In this document: positions 27,188 to 37,931 of the stretch, piece after piece
How the letters are laid out: each line of letters starts with the position of its first letter
Numbering within the stretch: the stretch's first letter is position 1
Source: Candidatus Gastranaerophilales bacterium
GTDB taxonomy: Bacteria; Cyanobacteriota; Vampirovibrionia; Gastranaerophilales; Gastranaerophilaceae
DNA length: 64,000 bases
Assembly (NCBI GenBank): GCA_944326115.1
Contig: CALVCQ010000006.1
Span: forward strand, 5,292-69,291
Direction of reading: 5' to 3'
Translations under genes and position numbers: made by a program
Notes under the pieces: generated by a model
Seen by the model: the letters and a program-made list of their open reading frames with translations, nothing else
What the model was told of the DNA's origin: nothing
The model's database searches: none

Positions 27188-27279
27188 TCCTGCTGTATGT
27201 TAATAATACAATATCCAGTTTATTTTTCAAATAATTAACAAATTTTATTTTTACATAAAGCATATTGTATAATCAGTGT

Positions 27280-28194
27280 ATGGCAGTTAATGATATTACA
27301 AAAGGCTATTTAAGAGATTTTTTAGTCTATCTTGAAGTAGAAAAAAACTTTTCAAAACATACAATAAGAGCCTATCACTCAGATGTTTTAAGTTTTTTGC
27401 TGTGGCTTGATAATACTCCAGTTGAAGAGACGAATCACACAAAGCTCAAAGACTACCTTGTTTTTATTCAAAGATTTAATTATTCAAAAACGACACTGTC
27501 TCGAAAAATTGCCGCTATAAGAACTTTTTACAGATATTTGTATCGTGAAAGAATAATCGAAACAAATCCTTCTAACAGTGTACATGCTCCCAAAAAAAAT
27601 AAAAATCTGCCAAAATTTCTTTCTTCACAAGAAATAGAAAAAATTTTGAATAATATAAAAATCGAAACACCTGTTGGCTTTAGGAACCGTACTATACTGG
27701 AGCTTTTGTACGCTACAGGCATGAGAATTTCGGAATTGAGCAGTCTTGACTTTGGAAGCTTAAACCTTGAAGAAAATGAAATAAAGGTAATGGGTAAAGG
27801 TGCAAAAGAAAGAATTGTGCTAGTTTCTTCAAGAGCAAAAGATTTTTTGGAAAAATACATAAAAAATGTACGGTATATGGTGCCGGAAGATTCTTGTGAA
27901 CTTACAGAATCAGAAGACTCACCCGTATTTATAAACAAAACAGGCTACAGATTACAGCCGCAATCTGTAAGAGCAGCCCTGAATGACATAGTAAAAAAAA
28001 TAGAACTGCCCAAAAAAGTAACACCTCACGTATTCAGACACAGCTTTGCAACAAAGCTTCTTGAAAACGGAGCGGACTTGAGGGTTGTGCAGGAGCTTTT
28101 GGGACATGCTTCTATTTCAAATACGCAAATTTATACCCACGTCTCGACAGAACGGCTAAAAGAGGTGTATGATAAGAGTCATCCGAGAGCATAA
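27280..28194 (+). CDS. tyrosine recombinase XerC/XerD family
   Basis: RTILELLYATGMRISE, HVFRHSFATKLLENGADLRVVQELLGHASISNTQIYTHV (R..HxxR..Y). Start placed at the ATG at 27280. The track TTG at 27265 lies on a TATAAT hexamer (27268-27273). Confidence 0.85.
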   Translation: MAVNDITKGYLRDFLVYLEVEKNFSKHTIRAYHSDVLSFLLWLDNTPVEETNHTKLKDYLVFIQRFNYSKTTLSRKIAAIRTFYRYLYRERIIETNPSNSVHAPKKNKNLPKFLSSQEIEKILNNIKIETPVGFRNRTILELLYATGMRISELSSLDFGSLNLEENEIKVMGKGAKERIVLVSSRAKDFLEKYIKNVRYMVPEDSCELTESEDSPVFINKTGYRLQPQSVRAALNDIVKKIELPKKVTPHVFRHSFATKLLENGADLRVVQELLGHASISNTQIYTHVSTERLKEVYDKSHPRA

Positions 28195-28273
28195 TTCTTG
28201 ACAATAAATCTGCTTACTGAAATAGCTGATTAAATAATAAATAAAGCACTAGTTTATTAAAGGAGATATTAAT

Positions 28274-29317
28274 ATGTACGATTTTGTTACCATTGGCAGT
28301 GCAACAATAGATGCATTTGTAGAAAGCGAGGCAGCAGATATAGTATCTGTAAGTACAAAAAAAACAAGCACGGAGTTTATGTCTTTTCCGTATGGAGCCA
28401 AGGTTGAAATCGACAGTTTTACTACAGCCGTCGGCGGAGGCGGGCTTAACGCAGCAGCAAATCTTGCTAATCTCGGGTTTAACACAAGTGCTATTTTTAA
28501 AATCGGTGAAGATTTTCAGGGTAAAACTATTATGCACCGCATAAAACATGCCGGTGTTGACACGGAAAATGTTATAGTAAGCAAAGATGAAAGCTCGGGC
28601 TTTTCGATAATCCTGCTAAGTTTTGAAGGCAACAGAACGGTTCTTGCGCACAGGGGAACAAACGGAACAATCAAAGAAAACGAAATTAATTACGAGGCAA
28701 TAAAAAATGCAAAATGGCTTTATATTGCACCTCTTAACGGACAATCCGGCGCAATTCTGGATAAACTTGCTCATTTTGCCGAAGAAAATAATACAAACGT
28801 AATCATTAACCCCGGCAGCTCAAGCTTAAAAAAAGGTTTGAAATATTTTGAAAAAATTCTTGCAACAGCAGAAGTCGTTGTTATGAATAAAGAAGAAGCC
28901 TCGCTTGTAACAAAAATAGAGGTAAGACCTGACACAAAAGCGGAAAGCTTTTCTTCTGAGGTTATACACCCTGATATTAAAGCAATGCTCGATAAGCTAA
29001 AATCAACGGATGCAAAAGTTGTTATTATAACAGACGGAAAACACGGCGTATATGCTTATGACGGTAAAAAATATTACAAATGTCCGGAATTCCCTGCCAA
29101 AGTTGTCAGCACACTGGGTGCAGGCGATGCTCTGTCATCTACTTTTGCAGCTGCACTGGAACATACAAACTGGAATATAGAAAAGTCATTGATGATGGCT
29201 TCTGTTAATGCTGCATCAGTTGTTTCAAATTTCGGTGCACAGGAAGGCTTTTTGACATTTGATGAAATAGAAGAAAGGCTGAAACAAGCTCCGGCATTCA
29301 GGGTAGAAATTGTATAA
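28274..29317 (+). CDS. PfkB-family carbohydrate kinase
   Basis: 347-aa ORF with GGGGLNAAANLANLG and TLGAGDALSSTFAAAL. Confidence 0.8.
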   Translation: MYDFVTIGSATIDAFVESEAADIVSVSTKKTSTEFMSFPYGAKVEIDSFTTAVGGGGLNAAANLANLGFNTSAIFKIGEDFQGKTIMHRIKHAGVDTENVIVSKDESSGFSIILLSFEGNRTVLAHRGTNGTIKENEINYEAIKNAKWLYIAPLNGQSGAILDKLAHFAEENNTNVIINPGSSSLKKGLKYFEKILATAEVVVMNKEEASLVTKIEVRPDTKAESFSSEVIHPDIKAMLDKLKSTDAKVVIITDGKHGVYAYDGKKYYKCPEFPAKVVSTLGAGDALSSTFAAALEHTNWNIEKSLMMASVNAASVVSNFGAQEGFLTFDEIEERLKQAPAFRVEIV

Positions 29318-29409
29318 TACAGAACTTCTATTACTTAAGCTGCAGGGAGTCCACAATCCATATATGTCATGAGACTCTCTGGTGTAAGTGATAAATTCTT
29401 CCCGGCGTT

Positions 29410-30081
29410 CTATTTTTTATCTTCAACAAAAAATCTTTTGCTTTCTATTAATACGGGCAGTCCTCTTAATACACAGAAGACAACTGCAGCATACACACAG
29501 AAATGTGCAAAAGGACAAATTGTTATGCATACATTATGAAATGTTGCCCACATCGAAGCAGCCTGCTCGGAGAGTGTAGGGTCTCCGCCTTGCAAAAACA
29601 GTTCCATTGTTGCAAAAGGGAAATTACAAAGTATCATTAAAGCAAAAGCAAGTGCTTTTGTAACAGCATAAGACCCTCTCGAAAAGTTGGAAGCGACAAG
29701 AAAATGTCCCAGTTTCGTTTTCATCATAGTGGTAGCACCAAAAGCTGTATAGCCTTGTTCTAATGCAATACTTCTTACGCCGTCAGTTAAGATTCCTCTT
29801 GTGACTACAATAAGAGGCACCCATACCGGAATCCAGCCCAGAACGGCAAACACTATCCAGTATATGTTTTCTACTATTCTGTCACCCAAAATATCTAAAA
29901 CAGCACCGAACTTGGAACTTTCGTTTAACAATCTTGCAACAAATCCGTCCAGTCCGTCAAACCATATTGCAATGATAGTCAACACAAATGCTGTAATATA
30001 ACATGCCGGTGTCTGGAAAAACAATAGACATATTGCTATAAAAGCAATTATCATTCTGATAATAGTAATTAAATTTGCCAT
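29410..30081 (-). CDS. CDP-alcohol phosphatidyltransferase family protein
   Basis: 223-aa membrane ORF with DGLDGFVARLLNESSKFGAVLDILGDR, i.e. the DG..AR...G...D...D motif. Confidence 0.82.
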   Translation of the reverse strand: MANLITIIRMIIAFIAICLLFFQTPACYITAFVLTIIAIWFDGLDGFVARLLNESSKFGAVLDILGDRIVENIYWIVFAVLGWIPVWVPLIVVTRGILTDGVRSIALEQGYTAFGATTMMKTKLGHFLVASNFSRGSYAVTKALAFALMILCNFPFATMELFLQGGDPTLSEQAASMWATFHNVCITICPFAHFCVYAAVVFCVLRGLPVLIESKRFFVEDKK

Positions 30082-30117
30082 TTTATACTCCTCGTAACTG
30101 TAATTTTGCCGTTTTTA

Positions 30118-31119
30118 TTATTGTTTGCTGCGTGATGTTGCAAAATTGTGGTGATCAAGCAGTTTCAGCTTGTCTCCAAGCATCATTTTTTCCGCATCTT
30201 CAAGAATTTTTACGACAAAATAACCGTTTTCTCCGTCACTTCTTGCTTTTTTATGCTGCTCGATGCATTTGACAAAATGTTCGCATTCAAGCTTTAAAGG
30301 TTCTATTTCAATGTAATCAAGCGCTATATTGCTTCCTGAATTCGGTTTGTCATTTTTAAACACCTGAAGCTTATTTTCTTTTAAAGTATCATCAAACATT
30401 GCCGAACCCTTAGTTCCCCTGAGCATTAGATTTACACGTTTTTGCGGATGAATCCAGCTGTCTGATATGTGAGCAACACAGCCTGATTCATATTCTATTT
30501 CAATATGGGTTATATCCATAATCTCATTACCTTCTGAACTTACACCCATTGCTGATATTACTCTTTTGGGCTCTTCTCCAAGTATATAGCTGACCATTGA
30601 AACATCGTGTGGCGCAAGATCCCACATTACGCTTCTGTCATTTTTAAAGTAATTTATATTTAATCTGTCGGATTGGACATATTTTATCTCGCCCAATTCT
30701 CCCGATTCAACTATCATTTTCAATCTGTTAACAGCAGGATGATATAACAATAAATGTCCTACCATTAAAACAAGACCTTTAGATTCCGCTAAATCCTTAA
30801 GAATTAAAGCTTCTTCACTGGCTGTTGCTATAGGTTTTTCTACATATACATGTTTACCTGCTTCAAGTGCCATTTTTACAAGCTTAAAATGAGTGTGGCT
30901 CGGTGTTGCTACAACAACAGCATTTATGTCTTTGTTATTTAATACTTCATTAAAATCCGGAGTCGTATGAATTTCAGGATAATCAGCATTAACTTTTTTT
31001 CTGTTATCTTCATCCATGTCACAAACCGTATCAAGATAATTCAAATTATAAAAATTTCTGACAAGATTTTTTCCCCAGATTCCTGCGCCCAGAACAGCGA
31101 CTTTTGTTGTCATATTCAT
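30118..31119 (-). CDS. Gfo/Idh/MocA-family NAD(P)-dependent oxidoreductase
   Basis: 333-aa ORF with N-terminal VAVLGAGIWGKN Rossmann motif and EKPIATASEE. Confidence 0.8.
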   Translation of the reverse strand: MNMTTKVAVLGAGIWGKNLVRNFYNLNYLDTVCDMDEDNRKKVNADYPEIHTTPDFNEVLNNKDINAVVVATPSHTHFKLVKMALEAGKHVYVEKPIATASEEALILKDLAESKGLVLMVGHLLLYHPAVNRLKMIVESGELGEIKYVQSDRLNINYFKNDRSVMWDLAPHDVSMVSYILGEEPKRVISAMGVSSEGNEIMDITHIEIEYESGCVAHISDSWIHPQKRVNLMLRGTKGSAMFDDTLKENKLQVFKNDKPNSGSNIALDYIEIEPLKLECEHFVKCIEQHKKARSDGENGYFVVKILEDAEKMMLGDKLKLLDHHNFATSRSKQ

Positions 31120-31393
31120 CCCTCTGTTTATATAAATTTTTAACTTTTTCTTCCCAATTATATCAACCGGAAAAGTTAAAAATCAAATTTAATTTTCAGT
31201 TACTTAACATTTATAACCCGAAAGTATAAAACAAAAACATTGTATTTTACTCCAATGATAAACAGAGAGATACACGATATTATAAACAGGTAAATCCTCA
31301 ACTCTTCTGATTGCTTGTACTTAGTGCTCACCTCTTTCGCCATTTTATTTAAATGACTAAAGAGGTTTTTTTTTACAGTATTTAATACTGATT

Positions 31394-32257
31394 CTACTCT
31401 GATGTACAACCATACACAACACGAAGTATCCCTGATACATCTTTGAGACATTCAATCCTTTTAAAGTCATTATTTTTTAATATTTCTATAACCTCACGTG
31501 CTTGATTTGCTCCGACTTCAAACAGCAGATATCCGTTTTTATTCAAATATTTTCCTGCCTGTGCAGATATCTTTTGATAAAAATCAAGACCTTTACTGTC
31601 TGTTGTAAAAAGAGAAATCGCCGGTTCAAAATCTTTTACTTCCGTCTGGAGTTTTTCTCTCTCCTGAGGAGGTATGTATGGCGGATTTGATATAATAATA
31701 TCAAATTTTTCCTCTTTTCTTATTTTAGAAAATAAATCTGACTTTCTGAATATTGCTTTATTCATCAAGTCCAAATGCATTGCATTATTCAGGCATATTT
31801 TTAATGCTTCGTTGGATATATCTACCCCTAGCACCTGAGCATCTGTCATTTTTGCAATCATACATGCAATACACCCTGAACCTGTGCCTATATCCAGAAT
31901 ATTTTTATAATTATTCAATTTAATAAGTTCAATAGCTTTTTTTACAAGTAATTCTGTTTCAGGTCTAGGAATAAGTGTATCTTTTGTAACTTCAAATTTT
32001 TGCCCCATAAAATATGTGCATCCGAGAATTTGTGCTATCGGCGCACCTGTCTTTACCCGTATATTGACAATTGATTCCAGTTTTAAAAGATCTTTAGGCG
32101 ATGGCATAATTCCTAATATAAGGTCTTTAGGCGTAAGTCCGCAAAGTATTTCTATTGCAAAATCGATTTCTGCACAGGCTTCATCAAAGCTGAATCCGTT
32201 ATCTTTATAAATCTTTATCAAATCTGATTTCTTTAGTTCTTTGCTGCTCATTATCAA
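31394..32257 (-). CDS. prmC: peptide chain release factor N5-glutamine methyltransferase
   Basis: 287-aa ORF with LDIGTGSGCIA SAM-binding motif and IISNPPYIP. Its 5' end overlaps the upstream ORF by 53 nt. Confidence 0.88.
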   Translation of the reverse strand: MIMSSKELKKSDLIKIYKDNGFSFDEACAEIDFAIEILCGLTPKDLILGIMPSPKDLLKLESIVNIRVKTGAPIAQILGCTYFMGQKFEVTKDTLIPRPETELLVKKAIELIKLNNYKNILDIGTGSGCIACMIAKMTDAQVLGVDISNEALKICLNNAMHLDLMNKAIFRKSDLFSKIRKEEKFDIIISNPPYIPPQEREKLQTEVKDFEPAISLFTTDSKGLDFYQKISAQAGKYLNKNGYLLFEVGANQAREVIEILKNNDFKRIECLKDVSGILRVVYGCTSE

Positions 32258-32726
32258 GTATTTCTGAAATTTTATTTTTTAAATCTAATCGTGACAGGTT
32301 CTTGGTTTCTTGTTTTTCTAAATTATATTCTTTGCATAATTTCTCATAATAGTAAAGCTGCTTTTTAGTTGGGGGCTGCTTTGACATTCTGTATTCAGAA
32401 GCTTTTTTTCTCTGTTCTTTAGCAATCAGCTTTTGCTTTTCAAGAAAAGGTCTCTGTTTTTCTTTTAATTCGAGCTGTTTCAAATTTTCATTTATAAGAA
32501 TTTTTAGTTCTTTTATAAAAAGCTCTTTTTCAAATTCAGGTATTATCCACTCAAAATGAGGATTATTTTGGGCATAATAATATTGTTCATCTTCTATAAA
32601 CAGTTCCAGTATGCTGTCACACTCTTTATCGCCATGCTTTTTTACAAAGCTTTTTAGAAAACTGAAAAGTGATGATTTTTGATTTTTTGTAAGTTCTGAA
32701 AAAATATTATTTTTTAAGTAATACAT
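32205..32726 (-). CDS. hypothetical protein
   Basis: 173-aa Lys/Glu-rich ORF. Its ATG directly abuts the stop of the 60-aa ORF upstream (TAA then ATG). Confidence 0.5.
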   Translation of the reverse strand: MYYLKNNIFSELTKNQKSSLFSFLKSFVKKHGDKECDSILELFIEDEQYYYAQNNPHFEWIIPEFEKELFIKELKILINENLKQLELKEKQRPFLEKQKLIAKEQRKKASEYRMSKQPPTKKQLYYYEKLCKEYNLEKQETKNLSRLDLKNKISEILDNEQQRTKEIRFDKDL

Positions 32727-32909
32727 TTATCTTAAAAGATCATTTATATCAAATTTTTTGGAGATATTGTCATTTTTAAACTGCGCAAGCTTTTTTAAAA
32801 TAGGATTTGTAGTTTTTTGTGCGGTTTTTTCATGATTCGTTTTCGCTGAATTCTTTTCAGCTTCTTTTATATCTTCAAAAATTTTGGTAATATCGGTAAT
32901 TTTCTCCAT
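32727..32909 (-). CDS. hypothetical small protein
   Basis: 60-aa ORF, translationally coupled to the next ORF. No recognisable motif. Confidence 0.4.
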   Translation of the reverse strand: MEKITDITKIFEDIKEAEKNSAKTNHEKTAQKTTNPILKKLAQFKNDNISKKFDINDLLR

Positions 32910-33160
32910 AATATTTATTTTAACTCTGTTTTGTGTTTTTTTCTATATATATAAAAAATTATTCTCTCTGTTAATTGCGTTAGAAATAAAATTATTATTG
33001 CAATAAAAAATCAAAAAAACTCATTATTTAATATCTTTACAAAGGACTTTAAAAACTGTTAAAATACTTAAAATTGTAAATAAAATTCAATTTATTTGTA
33101 AAAACAGGCAAATTTTTGTGATTAGGGTTTTTAATTAAATCAAGTCGGAAAGGTATTGCA

Positions 33161-35038
33161 TTGAATTTTAATAACTTTAATAATCTCAAAAATATTCTCA
33201 ACAAATCATCTTTACAATCTGAGGATGAGGCGGATAATCTTGCAAAAATTCAATCTAATCCTATAATCCCCGGAGATTTGATTTCCAAAATAAATTCTAT
33301 CAACAACAGAACGATTTCTAACAGAATGTATTCAGGCTATAATTCGAAAATTTTTCGTTCATCTGAATGTATAGATTATGCTGAAATAATAAGGTTTTTT
33401 AATGAAATTATCGATGGAAAAGATTCTTTAAATGATCTTTTTTATTCACTGCATAATATTTTTATAAATAAACTTAATGCAACCTTCAGTGCTTATGGAC
33501 TTTTTTGCAAACAATCTAATTGTATAAACTTTAAAATTATAGACAAAATAGGTTCTATATTTACCTCAAGAATTATTATCAATAATTCGGATAATATTGT
33601 TGAAAAATCTTTTTTGACACAAACTATTCAATATTCGCAAAGCAGCAGCTTTTTGAATGTGCATTATTTGTCTGATTCTCCAGTTATCATTATTCCTTTG
33701 TGTGCAGTAAATGACTGTATAGGCGTTATGCTGGTCGGTGATTCCAACTATGAACAGGCATGCGAATTTTACAAATTAATGTCAAAATATCTTGCCATGT
33801 TTATTCAAAACAAAACACTATCGGCAAAAGTACTAATGAATACAGATACGGATGCTTTGACAGGTCTGTATAATCATCGTAAATTTCAGGAAATATTAAC
33901 ATCGGAAATTGATAAAGCAAACAGAACACAGACAGAAACATCCATTGTTATATTTGATATAAATAACATCTCTCAAATAAATAAAGATTTTGGTGCAGCA
34001 AAAGGCGATGAAATTATTAAACTGGTTGCTGATAAAATCAAAGACGGAATAAGAAACAATGATTCCGCTGCAAGATACGGCGGGGATGAAATTGCAATTA
34101 TTCTTCCCGAAACAACTGCTGCGGAAGCAAAATACCTTGCCGAATATCTTACCTATTCTTTGTCCTGCTGTTTAGTTGACGATGTCGGACCAATAAAAGT
34201 TTCTGTCGGTATAGCTACTTACCCGAAATCGACACAAGATCTGGAAAAATTGTTAATACTTGCGGAACAGGCAATGTATATATCGAAAAGTAAAGGCTAT
34301 AAAAACGGAATGTCTGCAATTGTCAGCTCCGAGGATTTCGATTTTTGGGATGATACTGCACTGAGTTCTTTTGCTTCAGTAATTGCCAAAAGACATTCTT
34401 CTATAGGTATAAATTTTGATGAAGAGCTGGTAAATAAATTCCATTCGGAAGAAATTATAAATCAAGGACACTTGATAGAAGTTGTTACTTCTCTTGCCGG
34501 CGCAATAGATGCAAAGGATGAATATACAAAAGGTCATTCTTCATCTGTTTCCCGGTATTCTGAGGCTCTTGCCCGGGCTTTAAATCTTCCGGAAAAAGAT
34601 GTAGAACGAATAAAGCTCGGTGCATTGCTGCATGATATCGGTAAAATAGGTATTCCGGAAACTGTTCTCAGAAAACCGTCAAAATTAACGGATGATGAGT
34701 GGGAAATTATGAAACAACATCCTGTAATAGGTGCACAAAAAGTATTAATGCCAAATGAATCATTACATGATCTTATTCCGATAGTAAAATATCACCACGA
34801 GCACTGGGACGGTTCAGGGTATCCGGAAAAGCTGAAAGGTGAAGAAATTCCTCTTGCCGCAAGAATTGTTGCTGTCGCAGATGCTTATCACGCTCTTATT
34901 TCAGACCGTCCATACCGTAAGGGAATGTCAAATGAAAAAGCATGTGAGATACTAAAAATAGGTGCCGGTATTCAATGGGATAAAAATTTAGTAAGAGAAT
35001 TCATCAATATTTCGGAATCATTATACACGAAAATATAA
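33161..35038 (+). CDS. GGDEF diguanylate cyclase / HD-GYP phosphodiesterase fusion protein with N-terminal sensor (GAF-like) region
   Basis: 625-aa ORF with DALTGLYNHRKF, RYGGDEIAI (GGDEF), HDIGK and HHEHWDGSGYP (HD-GYP). TTG start with GGAAAGG 7 nt upstream. Confidence 0.85.
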   Translation: MNFNNFNNLKNILNKSSLQSEDEADNLAKIQSNPIIPGDLISKINSINNRTISNRMYSGYNSKIFRSSECIDYAEIIRFFNEIIDGKDSLNDLFYSLHNIFINKLNATFSAYGLFCKQSNCINFKIIDKIGSIFTSRIIINNSDNIVEKSFLTQTIQYSQSSSFLNVHYLSDSPVIIIPLCAVNDCIGVMLVGDSNYEQACEFYKLMSKYLAMFIQNKTLSAKVLMNTDTDALTGLYNHRKFQEILTSEIDKANRTQTETSIVIFDINNISQINKDFGAAKGDEIIKLVADKIKDGIRNNDSAARYGGDEIAIILPETTAAEAKYLAEYLTYSLSCCLVDDVGPIKVSVGIATYPKSTQDLEKLLILAEQAMYISKSKGYKNGMSAIVSSEDFDFWDDTALSSFASVIAKRHSSIGINFDEELVNKFHSEEIINQGHLIEVVTSLAGAIDAKDEYTKGHSSSVSRYSEALARALNLPEKDVERIKLGALLHDIGKIGIPETVLRKPSKLTDDEWEIMKQHPVIGAQKVLMPNESLHDLIPIVKYHHEHWDGSGYPEKLKGEEIPLAARIVAVADAYHALISDRPYRKGMSNEKACEILKIGAGIQWDKNLVREFINISESLYTKI

Positions 35039-35095
35039 TGTGCTCTTATAATCAAAGTGAAAAATTTCATAACTTTTTAATTATCCAAAATAAGG

Positions 35096-35121
35096 AAAAG
35101 ACCCTTTGAAGGGTCTTAATT
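35096..35121. terminator. hairpin between the convergent GGDEF and murI genes
   Basis: Stem aagaccc / gggtctt with loop tttgaa, flanked by A-rich and T-rich runs. Confidence 0.5.
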
Positions 35122-35195
35122 TAAATAAGAAGAGAGAGCTTTCATACTTATATAAAGTATTTCTCTTCTTAATAATTGCCTTTTTTTACAAATGT

Positions 35196-35987
35196 TTATA
35201 CAACAGCAAGACTGGGTTGTGCGTTTATCGACATAAACATCTTTGCATTATTCTTAAATTTTTCAGGGTCACTGCTTGCAAAATAAGTGATACTGCCTTC
35301 GGTGCTTCTGGCTTGAAGATTTTTTTTGCACAAATCCTCTTTAATATATGATGCGAATATTTTTGCGGGGTTTATAAATAAATCTTTTCCGGCATATTTT
35401 GCTATTTTGTCTAAAAGATAAGGATAGTGGGTGCAGCCTAGTATAATTTTTTGCGGATTAAATTGCAGGACATTGTCCAGATAACCTTTTATCGCAATAT
35501 TTTCGTCGTAATTTTTTATCTGATTTTCTACTATAGGAACCCATAAAGGGCATGACTGTTCATAAACTTGAATACCGGCATTGCTTTTTTTTAGTTCTGT
35601 TAAATATTTATGAGAATTTATCGTAGCCTGTGTTGCCATAACAGCTATCCTTTTTATTGCTTTATCTTTTGCAACACATTCGGATACTATTTGTATTAAA
35701 GGATAGATTTGAAAACTGTATTTATCTTTCAGTTCTTCATAAGCAGTTGCTGATGTAGTATTGCAGGCAAGTACAACTGCTTTTACTTTTTTCTTTTCAA
35801 AAAAATCAAAAATTTCTTTGACGATTTCAACAAGTTCGTCTTTTGATTTTTCTCCGTACGGAAGATTTTTTGTATCGCCAAAATAAATGTAATTCTCATT
35901 AGGACAAAGTCTGTGCAGCTCTTTCAATACAGTCAATCCTCCGACACCGGAATCCATTACACCTATAGCTTTATCATAATCTTCCAT
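35196..35987 (-). CDS. murI: glutamate racemase
   Basis: 263-aa ORF with GVMDSGVGGLTVL, VLACNTTSA and ILGCTHYP, containing the two catalytic Cys contexts. Confidence 0.92.
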   Translation of the reverse strand: MEDYDKAIGVMDSGVGGLTVLKELHRLCPNENYIYFGDTKNLPYGEKSKDELVEIVKEIFDFFEKKKVKAVVLACNTTSATAYEELKDKYSFQIYPLIQIVSECVAKDKAIKRIAVMATQATINSHKYLTELKKSNAGIQVYEQSCPLWVPIVENQIKNYDENIAIKGYLDNVLQFNPQKIILGCTHYPYLLDKIAKYAGKDLFINPAKIFASYIKEDLCKKNLQARSTEGSITYFASSDPEKFKNNAKMFMSINAQPSLAVV

Positions 35988-37858
35988 TAGTCTTTTCCTA
36001 AATACTTGAGTATTCCTTTCGCAATAGCCTCTGCCGTTTTTTGTTTTCTTGATGAAGTCAGGAGCTCTTTTCTTTCTTCCGGATTTGATATAAAACCGGT
36101 TTCTACAAGAATTGACGGACAGGTAGTATGATTAATAACATAAAATTTAGACTTAAACAATCCTCTGTCTTTTGAATCTATTGCGGAGGCAAATTCTTTA
36201 TGAACGATTTGGGCAAATTCATAAGATTGAGGGGTATAGTAGTGTGTTTCCAGCCCGTAGCCTTCCGGTGTTACGCTAGAATTAACATGTATGCTTACAA
36301 ACAAATCCCCTTTGTTGTCTTCTGTGTATTTTACTCTGTCTTGCAAAGATACATATTCATCTTTGTCTCTTGTCATCAAAACATTAAACCCTTTTTTCTT
36401 AAGAACTTTTTCTAATCTTTCAGCCATATCAAGAGTTATATCTTTTTCATAATGTCCGTCTCTCGTTGCACCGACATCAGTACCGCCGTGCCCCGCATCA
36501 ATTACAATTGTTTTTACATTTGGGTTCCGTGTAATAATTGCTGATATTGGATTTGATTGCTTTATTTCTTCTTCTTTAGGTGTTGTTATAATAAGTTTAA
36601 GCTGCTTATTGTCAAAACTTTGTTGATAATTTAAAAGAGTAGTATTTTTTATCGGAATTATAATTTTTATACCCGAAGGTTTAAGCGCTTCTGTTCTTAA
36701 TTTTGACAGCAATTCCGAATTAAGGCTTTTTTTGTATAAATCATGATTGAATCCTGAAGAATTGTATAGATTAAGCTCGACTTTGCTATCAAATTTTTTT
36801 ATGGAATGTATGATAGGTTCGGTAAATACAAACTGCAGCACATCGGTTGTATCGTTAATTTTTTTTGCTGAATATGTATAAATAGCGGATGTCTTGTCAT
36901 ACAATTTAAGTCCGAGTATTCTGTCGTCATGTGCAAGAAAAATGCTTTGCGAATCGTATGAATATACAGGACGGAACTTTTCTGCATCTTCGCTGGTTAC
37001 AACTACTCTGGCTTTAGTAGGCTCAAATTGTCCTATCTTTATTGTCTCTTTGTCTGATAGGACATACTCCTTATTCCTTATTTCCGGATTTACATAAGTA
37101 TTTGGCAAATCAAAAACAAATCTAGTTGGATTTTTTACAACGAAAGGATTCTCTATTGATATTGAACCAATACCTCTGATAAGGGCGTTGCCACGTTTTA
37201 TATCAATACTGTTTGCGTTAAAACAAGATTTTAGCTTTTGTTCAAGTTCGTTTGATTTTAAAATTTCTGGTTCTGCTTTTCTTATTAGCTGACCTTTTGC
37301 ATTAAATGCTTTTTGTACTTCTATTGCTTCTTTTGCTTTTACTGTATTATTGCTTGCGGAAGGCGCTTTTTCGTCTTCCGTTACCGTTGTGTATTCATAG
37401 TAGTTTATGGAGGATTTTTCATTATTGTAAACAGTACGAAGATTTGTCTGCTGCAAGACTTTCTTATCATAAGAAAAGACTAGATTGTTATCAATTCTGT
37501 ATAGTTTTAGTTTATTCACATTAAAATTTTTATTATAAGTTATAACCAGTCTGACTACATTTGGATTTGTTGTAAATTGAGAAAGTTTTATCTGTGTTAT
37601 TGCACTGTTTTTAAAGCTCCAGCTGCTGTTTGGCATAGTCAAAATCGCATTATCAATGTCAAAAGATATCCTGTCAGGGTTTGTAAGTTTCATTGATTTT
37701 ACATTGATATACATAACCTTTGATGATGAAGCCAGAAAAATTAAATTGTCCGAGTTATCAAAATTTATTGAATTGATTTTTAATAATTCTTCGGCTTGAA
37801 CCAGGTTAAAGAGATTTAGAAAAAATATGAAAAATATTAGTAAAAACTTTTTCAGCAT
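35987..37858 (-). CDS. N-acetylmuramoyl-L-alanine amidase (Amidase_3) with N-terminal AMIN-like repeats
   Basis: 623-aa ORF with signal-like N-terminus. C-terminal IVIDAGHGGTDVGA, SIHVNS and ILVETGFISN. Confidence 0.85.
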   Translation of the reverse strand: MLKKFLLIFFIFFLNLFNLVQAEELLKINSINFDNSDNLIFLASSSKVMYINVKSMKLTNPDRISFDIDNAILTMPNSSWSFKNSAITQIKLSQFTTNPNVVRLVITYNKNFNVNKLKLYRIDNNLVFSYDKKVLQQTNLRTVYNNEKSSINYYEYTTVTEDEKAPSASNNTVKAKEAIEVQKAFNAKGQLIRKAEPEILKSNELEQKLKSCFNANSIDIKRGNALIRGIGSISIENPFVVKNPTRFVFDLPNTYVNPEIRNKEYVLSDKETIKIGQFEPTKARVVVTSEDAEKFRPVYSYDSQSIFLAHDDRILGLKLYDKTSAIYTYSAKKINDTTDVLQFVFTEPIIHSIKKFDSKVELNLYNSSGFNHDLYKKSLNSELLSKLRTEALKPSGIKIIIPIKNTTLLNYQQSFDNKQLKLIITTPKEEEIKQSNPISAIITRNPNVKTIVIDAGHGGTDVGATRDGHYEKDITLDMAERLEKVLKKKGFNVLMTRDKDEYVSLQDRVKYTEDNKGDLFVSIHVNSSVTPEGYGLETHYYTPQSYEFAQIVHKEFASAIDSKDRGLFKSKFYVINHTTCPSILVETGFISNPEERKELLTSSRKQKTAEAIAKGILKYLGKD

Positions 37859-37931
37859 ACCAATATTTTACAATAAATGATTATTATGACTAATCTTTTA
37901 CATTAGTTAACGGCAGTAATTAAAATTATAG

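Noticed and set aside
27528-27938. 136-aa minus-strand ORF
   Set aside because: Antisense shadow within the XerC/D-family recombinase gene.
27280-28194. Tyrosine recombinase as a mobile-element integrase
   Set aside because: Its length and motifs fit chromosomal XerC/XerD. It is flanked by lpxI and a sugar kinase, with no repeats or cargo.
28214-28549. 111-aa and 78-aa minus-strand ORFs
   Set aside because: Antisense to the 5' end of the PfkB kinase gene. Cys-rich, implausible translation.
31200-31451. 83-aa minus-strand ORF in the oxidoreductase-prmC spacer
   Set aside because: It overlaps the prmC 3' end, has no ribosome-binding site, and its translation is low-complexity. The region is better treated as non-coding (see the hairpin finding).
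35106-35351. 81-aa plus-strand ORF, together with 23911-24093
   Set aside because: They begin inside terminator hairpins and run antisense into murI and chrA respectively.
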